From Tubulanus polymorphus (Eukaryota > Animalia > Nemertea), in contig NC_134028.1 in the NCBI RefSeq assembly GCF_964204645.1, positions 15,445,653 through 15,509,652 on the forward strand: a stretch of DNA of 64,000 nt, in the 5' to 3' direction. Positions 11,212-20,893 of the stretch are shown here, one piece after another. The translations under genes were made by a program, and so were the position numbers. Numbering within the stretch: the first letter of the stretch is position 1; each line of letters begins with the position of its first letter. The notes under the pieces are model-generated. The model ran no database searches, was not told the origin of the DNA, and saw only the letters and a program-made list of their open reading frames with translations.

Positions 11212-12665
11212 ATGGATGAAGAAATTCCATTGGATACTTTTGGTGACGCCCCTGGTATAAGTGATGAACCACAACCTGATTTTAATGAAACTAATATTGA
11301 TAATGATGATGAATCAGCATATAATTCTAATTTAGCAGATAGTGGTTCTAAAGCCCCATCAACAGATGAATTTGATAGAAGAACTAGATTGAGAATAAAT
11401 CCTGAAAATGAAAATCAAGGTTTATCAAGACAAAATTTAGAAAATATTGAATTTATGTATGATTTTCAACATGTATTTAAAGATTCAGGATATAATATAA
11501 ATGCCAGAGGCGCCAGACTTTTAGTACAAGAATTAAAATCTTTAGATGGTGAATATTATTATCATTTGAAAGATGATTATTATATTGATATCTCTTATAA
11601 AAAACAAAACAAAATATTAGCAGAATCAACTTTGCTTAAGTCTGACTCATTACTATCTAGAATTAAGAGAATAAGAAATAGTAATGAAATAGAAGATGTA
11701 ACACAAGAAGAAATTATTAAAAATGAAAGAGTATTTAAACAAAGAATTAATGAATTATTTGAAACAATCGATAATAATTTAGAAACAGAAACAACTTCTG
11801 AACAGAATGTAACTTCCAAAACTAGTAAACTTAAATCAAACACTGAAGTTCAAACTGAAACACTTTTACCGAATGGATTACTTGATGCAACAGATCAAGA
11901 AATAGAAGCTTTAAGTATGTTTTCTAAAAAAAATAATTACAGAAATAATAAGTATACGAAATGAAGCCGATAAAATTGCGCGCGAAAAACATATTAGATA
12001 TGATAAAATTAAACCTTTAGAAAATAAATTATTTGACACCAGAAAAGAATTAGAACAATTAAAATTAGATAGAGAATTTAAAGTTATTGAAGAAATTGAA
12101 TCTAAAAAGAGAAATGCATATTTAGAAAAAGAAATTGATGATTTAGAATATAACATAGAATTTCAGAAAGAAAAAATAAAATTATTATTAAAATCATATG
12201 ATTATTGTATTAATAGATTAAAAGTTGTTGTTAAAGAGTTAATACTAAAACCAAATTCTGACATATCACTAAAAGATAGAATAGAATTATTATTTAAGTT
12301 TGAAGGAATAACAATTCTTTCAATTCTAACAGCTGTAACTATGTTATTTACAACAATTGGTTTAGCAATATCAAATGCTTTGAAATCTACTCCTACTCCA
12401 AATAAAACAGATAAACCCCCAGAAAATAATAATTCTATACAAGATAAAGTTAAGGATGGTTTAAAGAAATTAGCAAAATATTTATGGGAACTATCTAAAA
12501 AAATCTGCTGCAGCTTTACGAGGAATTATTGCATCAATTGTTGGTTTTATATTGAAATCTGCTGGGAATATTCTTAACTTTGCTGCTGAACATATTATTT
12601 TATTTTTGATTACAGTTGTAAGTGCAATTATTTTTGGATTAGTAAACATGATTAAAAATAAATAA
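11212..12665 (+). pseudogene. Long acidic/coiled-coil protein with C-terminal hydrophobic helices (frameshifted)
   Basis: Fragments are colinear with B 28016-29387 (LLPNGLLDATDQE; MLFTTIGL...KLAKYLWELSKK). Confidence 0.75.
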
Positions 12666-12686
12666 TTAATTTTTTTTGTTAAATAA

Positions 12687-13926
12687 ATGAGTGGGAGTTA
12701 TATAAGTCCTTCTAAGATTTCTAGAATATCTAATGCTATTAAAGCAGAAAGATCACATCATATAATTACTCATAACCCTTCTAATATTAATCCCGATGAA
12801 ACTTTATACGTCAGAATCCCTCGATTAACACAAAATACTTTTTATGCTCCAAATAGTATTTATTTATCAGCCGATATAAAAGTTACTGGTCATGATAATA
12901 ATTATGTTGTCGATAATATTGGGAAATATTTGATTAAAAAGTTAACTATAAAGATTGGTCCAGAAACAGTTTTCTCATTAGATGATTATAATTTATTTAT
13001 GCATTATAAAGATTTATGGTTAACTAAAGAAAATAGAAATAATATGATATTTCAAGGAATCCAATCAGAAAACCAAAATAAATTAAGATCAGAAGCACAT
13101 AATGCAATATTAACTAATTCTATAGATAAATTGATAAAAAGTATATATGGAAGCAAATATAAAATTCCATTAGACTTTGAATTGATAAATACTAATGCAC
13201 CTTTATAAATACGCAATTCAAGATGTTATATTCGAAATAATATTTGCTCCTGTTAATGAAATTGTAATATCTAGCGTTAATAAAGATATGTGTTATAAAT
13301 TATCGAATATATGTTTAGAATATGATACAGTAACTGATGAAAATATTTCAAGTATAATTCAAACTCATTACAATAAAGGATTTTCATTATTATATGTTTA
13401 TATTGATAAATTTAAAACTGTAACTATTAATGCAAATGATGAAATTATTAATGAGAATAACTTCCCAAGAAGATCTATTAAAGGTATATTAATATTTTTT
13501 ACCATTGCAACATATACTAATGGTGCAATAAATGTTGATAATTATTATAATCCTGAAATAACAAAAGTAGAAATAACTATCGAAGGAATAGCAAATAAAA
13601 TATTTTGTCAAGGAATGAGAATGATTGATCAATGGCCAGAAATTAGAAAACATTTTATGAATGAAAAAGTAAAATCATCTGAAAATTGTAATATTAATCA
13701 AATTGATTATTATACCGGTAATAAATATGCATTATGGTTAGATTTTAGAACAACAGAGGATAATTCATTACATGGTTCTGGAAAAAAATTACAAAACACT
13801 AAAGATGGAATACAATCATTCATGACAAAGAATAAAGGAATCAAAAATTTCAAAATGCACATTTATATTATATCTGACGCACAATTAAATATTGTAAATT
13901 CACAATTAGATAGTGTTACGTATTAA
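12687..13926 (+). CDS. Major capsid protein (double jelly-roll), frameshifted
   Basis: ~410 aa, beta-rich: THNPSNINPDETLYVRIPRL...NICLEYDTV...PRRSIKGILIFF...YALWLDFRT...LHGSG. Highly conserved in all three copies. Confidence 0.8.
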
Positions 13927-13958
13927 AATTTTAACTATAAGAAAAATTTATATAATAA

Positions 13959-15127
13959 ATGGAAGGTGGAATATATGAAATACAAACTCCAAGTGAAATG
14001 ATATCAGATATATATTATATATTACCTTATGATGAATAAATTAAGTATTTTGGAGATTACTTTAATCAATTCAAATATAGAATAAATAAAATAAAAGATA
14101 ATATTGAAACTAAAATAGAAGATAAGAATGATATTGAATATAAAATAGAAGATGATATTGAATATAAAATAGAAGATAGTAATAATATTGAAACTAAAAT
14201 AGAAGATGTAACAGCATCTACATCTTATAATATACCCTCTACATATGATATTGAATCAAAAAAGACAAATGAAAAATATTGTGACGTATGTAAACAGTTT
14301 AAAAGTTATAAGAATTGGGCAACTCATCTTAATTCACTCAAGCATAAGAAAAATAAGAATAAGACTATAAATGAATTGAATAATGATAGTGAAATTGATA
14401 ATGATAATGTTAAAGAAGATAAATATTGTGAAGAATGTGATAAATATATAAGTCGTAGTAATTTTTCAAAGCATAAATTAACACAAATACATTTGGATAA
14501 TATAGAAAGAAATATATGTGAAAAGTGTAATGTTGTTGTATTACCTAAAGATAGAATTAAACATGATAATTCTTTTGAACATACAATAAAAGCTGCTGAT
14601 TCAAATAACCTTTATAGAGTACCAACTGCATTTTTTGATATCGAAAATAATTATCATAGGAAATTATATAGATCAATTTTTATCGATTATGTAAGAAATA
14701 ATCCAAAACAAGTATTATCAGATATTGAAACTGGTCGGACGCGTATAAAAATTGATCTATATAATTATTGGGGTATACATTATTTCATAAAATTTAAAAA
14801 TATAGATTTTTTAACAGAATTGAAAAAGTTGCTGCTAATGATAATATAAGTGATAACTTTTATGAAATAATTCAATACTACAGTTATGAAGATTTTTCAC
14901 AGGATGTTATAAATAAAATAAGAAATGATGCAAAAAATAAATATAAAAATATAAGTGAAGACAAATTAAACCAATATATTTATTTAACTTATGAATTGTT
15001 TGCTAAGGGTTTGAATAGTGTTGGTTATCATACTAAACTATTAGGTGAAAGAAAATCACAAGAATTAAAAGATGCATGGCTCAAATTGTTTTCAGAATTA
15101 GAATCAGAAAAGTTATTTAAAATATGA
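13959..15127 (+). pseudogene. Copy-A-specific zinc-finger protein (disrupted)
   Basis: TAAATG start. Fingers YCDVCKQF..WATHLNSLKH, YCEECDKY..SKHKLTQIH and ICEKC..KHDNSFEH. Confidence 0.6.
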
Positions 15128-15133
15128 ATATAA

Positions 15134-15747
15134 TACCCCCTTGTGTCTTTATTGTCTTTAGTAGGCTTAGTACTTTTAGTACATAAAGAATAAATCTTTA
15201 TTTTATTAGTAGTAAATAAAATTATTTTTAAAACTACTAAACTACTAAAGACAATAAAGACATAAATATATATATATTACTGTTTCAATAATTATATTTA
15301 TTCATCTGATGGATTTTATATATTACTGTTTCAATAATTAAATCTATTTATGGCGCATATTTATTATATATTACTGTTTTAATAATGATAAATATCATAG
15401 ATTTATCATATATAAAAATTATTTATATATTTATTTTTCTAAGTACTAATAAAATGAAGATTTATTCTTCATGTACTAAAAGTACTAAAAGTACTAAAGA
15501 TAATAAAGACATAACAAACACATATAGATGTAATAAATATCATAGATTTATTTATCTCACAGATTTATTATATATATTTGATTCAGTAATGATAAATCTA
15601 TATGTGTTTGTTATGTCTTTATTATCTTTATTATCTTTAGTAGTTTAGTAGTTCTATTTTATTTTTAAAGTATTAATAATATGAAGATTTATTCTTTATG
15701 TACTAAAAGTACTAAAAGTACTAAAGATAATAAAGACATAAGGGGTA
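15134..15747. repeat. Fold-back region with long terminal and nested inverted repeats between convergent gene blocks
   Basis: tacccccttgtgtctttattgtctttagta...acttttagtacataaagaataaatctt pairs with aagatttattctttatgtactaaaagt...tactaaagataataaagacataaggggta. Confidence 0.8.
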
Positions 15748-15798
15748 TCAGGTATTAGGGTATCTAATAGGGTATCTAATACATAGATATATAAATAG

Positions 15799-16410
15799 TT
15801 ATTTTATAAACTTATATTCATAAGGAAATTGTAGTCTCAGTAATAATTTTGAACCTTTATTATTCTTTAATTTATTCATATAATCATCATGTAATTCAGT
15901 AGGTATAATTTGATTTTCTTCCAATGATTGTTGCATAGATTTTCTATCTTTGATATAAAATATAACTAGAAATCTTATATTCTCCCTAAAGTCTTTAACA
16001 ATTGAATTATATTTTTGATTTAAAACCCATGTTGTTATCCCAAAATGTCTCCCAGAGAAAGCTAAGTAACATAACTCACTTTCTCTCACTTTTGAATCAT
16101 GTAAATTTGCGCAATCATCTACAATGAATAATGTATTTGATCCATTATAAGTATCAATTGCTATTTTTATACAATTATCTAAATTTTCTTTTACTGTTTT
16201 AGGATCTAATATAATAAACTTTTTCATCTTAAATATATCTCTATTATATGTTTTATTCATTTCATAAGTAGGACAGAATAATATTATATTATCAAAATGA
16301 TTCTTATGAATAGTTTCTAACAAATCTAATATGAAATGTGTTTTACCACAATTGGTTACTCCAGTAACTAACATATTATGCGGTTCAAATATAAATAAAT
16401 CTTTATTCAT
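15799..16410 (-). CDS. A32-like genome packaging ATPase
   Basis: Walker A GVTNCGKT, Walker B LFIVDDC and SGRHFGIT..LNQ. The start overlaps the integrase stop. Confidence 0.92.
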   Translation of the reverse strand: MNKDLFIFEPHNMLVTGVTNCGKTHFILDLLETIHKNHFDNIILFCPTYEMNKTYNRDIFKMKKFIILDPKTVKENLDNCIKIAIDTYNGSNTLFIVDDCANLHDSKVRESELCYLAFSGRHFGITTWVLNQKYNSIVKDFRENIRFLVIFYIKDRKSMQQSLEENQIIPTELHDDYMNKLKNNKGSKLLLRLQFPYEYKFIK

Positions 16411-17546
16411 GTATTCTTTTAATTTTACTAGATAAAATCCATTCATTAAATTTATCATCATATCCTTTATATTTCACCAAAGAATACTTTTTTCCTTTAA
16501 GAGTTTTTGTTTTCAATACTTTTTCTATTTTGTATTCTATTTCATCTGGATTTGGTACAAGTGATAATTCTTGTTCATAGAAATAACCTAATATTTCTTC
16601 ATCTTTTAAATCTTCTAGTTTATAAACAAATGGTTTTGTTAATATTATCTTTTTAATCTTGAATATTTCTTCTGTAAAATTAGGAGTATAACCTTTATAA
16701 AATGTTTTTCTATATTTAGATATTCTAACGTGTTGTCCTATTTTAAATTTAGGTTCTAACGTGTTGTCCTATTTTAAATTTAGGTTCACCGGAATCATGT
16801 GTAACAAACGCTCCATATAAATTATTCCAAACTATTTCTGAATTATCTTCTTTTCTAGCTTGTATAGGTTTCATATTTATAGAACTATGTTTAGAATTAT
16901 TATAACCTTTCACTAAATCATCTAATATATCGATATATTTATATGTTTCATTTGCAGTAAAATATTTCCACATTCTAGTTTTCAATGTTTTATTAAATCT
17001 TTCTATAATAGATGCTTTTTTATCTGAATGTGTTGAAAAATAATCTACATCGTTATCAGATAATAGTTTTTTAAAATGTTTGTTATAGAATTCCTTACCT
17101 TCATCAAATTGTATCTTATCTGGAATAGCTTCTTTAAATATAGATTTAAAAGCATTAGTAACTTCTAAACCTGTTTTATTTTTGATTGGTATACTCCATG
17201 CGTATCTACTGAATATGTCTATAACATTTAATATCCAGAAATATCCTTTGTTGTATTCTCCTAAGTTCTTCCTGTCAATTAAATCAGCTTGCCATTGTTG
17301 ATCAATATATGAAACCATAACTTTTCTTGTTAAATAAGTTTTATCCATTTTCTTGTGGATTTGATATGTTGGTTGATTTTGTAACCATGATTTCAATTCA
17401 CTATATTTTATATCACCGTGTGGGTGCCGTATGGCGCCATTTTCATTATCAGATTTAATTTTACCCCATAATTCTGTAACGTTAGAATATGATACTTCAC
17501 TTTCTGGGTTATAATATAAATCTCTTAAATATTGTTCTTTTTTCAT
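16403..17546 (-). CDS. Retroviral-like integrase with C-terminal chromodomain (frameshift from a ~31-bp tandem duplication near 16723-16785)
   Basis: WQADLID, IDIFSRYAW, QFDEGKEF and KASIIERFNKTLK. Chromodomain YKIEKVLK..KGKKYSLVKYKGYDDKFNEWI. Confidence 0.93.
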
Positions 17547-17549
17547 CTT

Positions 17550-17918
17550 CTTTTAAAATAATAATAATTTAGATTTAGTTTCAATGACTTTATGATTTGA
17601 CTTATTTTCTGGTATGATAGGTTTATTGTCATTGGAATCATCTTTATCATCAGATTTGAATTTTGATTTATATATTACACCGGATAATATAATAACTGTT
17701 ACTAATCCAATTGTAATATATAATTTATAATTACTTCCAGCATTAGAAGAATCAGATGGATTATTATTTGAATTAATATCAGATAATGTCTGTGATTCAT
17801 TTATATCAGTTAATTTCTTTTTCTTAGCTTTTTTTAATTCTGAAGATCTTTTACCTAATTCTCTTGCCCATTTAATTTGTTTCTCGGATGTAGCCTTTTT
17901 CTTAACTCCATCACTAAT
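17550..17918 (-). pseudogene. ~122-aa basic/TM protein, start codon mutated
   Basis: Colinear with B 33721-34089. Confidence 0.65.
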
Positions 17919-18513
17919 TTATTTTACTTAATTTTTGTTCTGATTCATTTTCTGTTTCACGGTTTGGTTGTAGTACATCTGTTTCATTCTTACCTGATTT
18001 ATATTCCATAGGCTTGATGTTCGAAAATGTTATGACGCCAGTAGAAATTAATGTCATAACCGATCCTAATTGAAATGAAGCATAACCAACCCATTTTTAT
18101 AATTCAGTCATAACTAAATAGTCATTTTTCAAATCACTATATAATTTATTTTCATCATTAATTGGTATTAACTGGTTACATAACTTAGAATAACATTTGA
18201 CAATACCATCTGAAATAGAATCATTTATTCTAGCTAATCTAGCTTCTTCATAAATCTTAAAATATTTTATTACTTTATCGGGTTTCATAGAGTCTAATTC
18301 TTGAAAAGTAATAATTCTATTTAAAAACTCTTTAGATTTTCCACCAGCAATTAATAATTCAAGATGGTGTTTACAATATAAATAGTATTCATAATCTATA
18401 TTGTTATTAACTTGAATAGAATTAGAAACAACTGTATCCTTATTATCACTTATGCCCAAATCATCTAATGTCTTTTCAATATCAATACTATTCTTATTAG
18501 ATTTCGTTGACAT
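17913..18513 (-). pseudogene. ~200-aa protein with C-terminal hydrophobic helix, premature stop
   Basis: Colinear with B 34082-34690 and C 55887-56754. Confidence 0.7.
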
Positions 18514-18759
18514 TTATATTAGAGAAAAAAGCGAAAAAAATATAATAAGTATTCTTCAAATGATACCAGTATATCTTTAGATTAATACTAGCTTAGTTAA
18601 AGGTAAAGAATTTTAGTATTAGTTATTGTTTTTTAGTATTTTTTATTTGTGATATAAAGTATTCTTTTTTGAAAAGAAAATATTAAAAATATAATAGAAT
18701 TCACTAGCTAGTTGAAGTTATTGTTTTTTTAATATTTTTTATTTAAAATCTATTATTCT

Positions 18760-19431
18760 TTAACCACTAATTAAAGACTCAACGTATTGTTCATTATTTG
18801 GATCATTGTTCCATTGATCAATAAATTTCTTTGCCTTTGTTAACTGTTCTAAATATAACTGTAAATCTAAATTATTAGATTTAATTATGTTTTCCTTCTT
18901 TTCTAAAGCTCTTAAATTTTTCCAATTCCAAATAAGTTTTTTATTGTATTCATCATTCATGTCAAATTTAGAAATCGGCAACACGTGATCAATATGAAAG
19001 TATTCACCATAATTATCTATATTCATTTTATCATCGAATTGATATATTATCATCCATGATATGAAAAATTCATCTGTGCAACCCAATAAATTAGATAGTG
19101 TTTCTGAATGTGTTTCTTTGTTGAATAATTGTGTTAATCTAGACCGTAAACATTGTTTTAATCTAAAATTAAGATCTGTTTGATATCTTTCTCTCATATA
19201 TTCTGTCATATAATCATTATAAGCTTCTCTATTATCTTCTCGATATTGTTTGGTATATAGTTTAGTACAAGTTTTACAGCAATATTGAAAACCATCTTTG
19301 CTAATCTTACGCTTATTAAATTCTGTTATAGCTAATTTATCTAATTCACATTTAGAACACTTCTTGTAATATATATTTATAACACCAGTGTTATTTGTTA
19401 TATTAATACTTTGTGGTTGTTCTGATTCCAT
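18760..19431 (-). CDS. Zn-ribbon plus HNH-type endonuclease (223 aa)
   Basis: CSKC...CKTC, then LGC, NYGEYFHIDHVLPISKF and NWKNLRALEKKENIIKSN (His-Me finger). Confidence 0.8.
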   Translation of the reverse strand: MESEQPQSINITNNTGVINIYYKKCSKCELDKLAITEFNKRKISKDGFQYCCKTCTKLYTKQYREDNREAYNDYMTEYMRERYQTDLNFRLKQCLRSRLTQLFNKETHSETLSNLLGCTDEFFISWMIIYQFDDKMNIDNYGEYFHIDHVLPISKFDMNDEYNKKLIWNWKNLRALEKKENIIKSNNLDLQLYLEQLTKAKKFIDQWNNDPNNEQYVESLISG

Positions 19432-19449
19432 TTATTATACATATTTTTT

Positions 19450-20035
19450 TACTAAATTGATTTTAGAAGTTCAATGATTTATATCATGTATTATTTCAAT
19501 CACACTTTACTAACACTTTTAATGTTTAAAAATCTAACTCACACAAATATGAATATTGAAATAATGTTGTAAATATATACTTTTATATCTATTCTATAAG
19601 AGCTCACCCTTTACTCACACTTTTATATTGAATAATCTATCAATTTATATGTTATTCATATATATTTTATTCATGTATATAAATATTTTAAGAGTAATAG
19701 GGATAATGGGCTTTCATATCAAAGGTTGAAAGGGCTAGTGAGTAAAAAATGAAAAAGATGAAAATAATAACAATTTCTACTTGAATTAGGAGTGAAACTC
19801 ATAAAAAATGAAAAATAATTCTCACACGCTCGAATTTATTTCACTCACACTTTACTCACAATTTTTTTCTAGCGAGTAAAAATGAAAAATAAATTCGAGC
19901 GTGTGAGAATTATTTTTCATTTTTTATGAGTTTCGCGACTAATTCAAGTAGAAATCGTTATTATTTTCATATTTTTCATTTTTTATGAGCTCGACCTTTC
20001 GACCTTTGGTATGAAAGCCCATTATCCCTATTACT
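19450..20035. repeat. Right TIR of copy A ending in a 343-bp hairpin (19693-20035)
   Basis: Homologous to B TIRs: agtaatagggataatgggctttca ... tgaaagcccattatccctattact. Confidence 0.9.
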
Positions 20036-20451
20036 CACAAAGAAATACCCTCTGGAAAGTGACGAGGGCGGGCGAATTTTATTTTTATTGCTTTTTTTAA
20101 ATAAAAAAGTTCAAATAAAAAGCTCAACCTGAGACTTATAGAAGAGACGCGGGAGGGAAGCTTTTTTACCAATGCCAAACAAACCAGCAATGCAAGTACA
20201 TGTAGAACATATGCAAAAAAACTGTATTTAGAATTAAGAAGCTCCCTTACCTATAAAATCAAACTATATCGTCACAATTAATCGAAGCTAAGACAATCAT
20301 TTTCGCTTCCTCGAAATGATGTAAGAAGAAACGAACTTGCCGCAGTTGTTGTCACCGTAAAATGTGAATTACCAGTTCGTGGAGGATGAGCATATCAACG
20401 GCCGCAGAAAAAAACATCTGTCATACATTATACAGCTATGCGGGCGAGCGG

Positions 20452-20872
20452 AGTAATAGGGATAATAGGCTTTCAGGCCAAAGGTCGAAGGGTCGAGCTC
20501 GTAAAAAATGAAAATAATAATAATTTACAGTTGAATTAGTCGTGCACACTCCTAATTCAACTGTAAATTATTATTATTTTCATTTTTTACTCACTCACCC
20601 CTTCAACCTTTAACCTGAAAGCCTATTATCCCTATTACTCTTAAAATATTCATATATATATATATAAACATAATTTACATGAATAACATTTAAATTGATA
20701 GATTATTCAATATAAAAGTGTAAGCTCTTATAGAATAGAGATATAGATATATTTCCAACATTATTTCAATATTCATAGTTGTATGAGTTAGATTTTTAAA
20801 CATTAAAAGTGTTAGTAAAGTGTGATTGAAATAATACATAATATAAATCATTGAACTTCTAAAATCAATTTA
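20452..20872. repeat. Left TIR of copy B, starting with a 188-bp hairpin (20452-20639)
   Basis: Reverse complement of 35631-36004 with small indels. Confidence 0.92.
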
Positions 20873-20893
20873 AAAAAAAAATTTAGTATTAAA

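Larger units (their letters stand above)
2409..20035 (+). mobile_element. Polinton/Maverick copy A (left end truncated inside PolB)
   Basis: Colinear with copy B from aagtttagaggcgc (B ~22750). Same gene set as B. Right end ...ccctattACT at 20035. Confidence 0.95.

Noticed and set aside
15799-16461. ATPase start at 16461
   Set aside because: The extension overlaps the integrase chromodomain; B and C support the MNKDLF start at 16410.
20036-20451. A and B as a replication concatemer
   Set aside because: B has its own 6-bp TSD and the copies differ in intein, cargo and hairpin length, so they are separate insertions.
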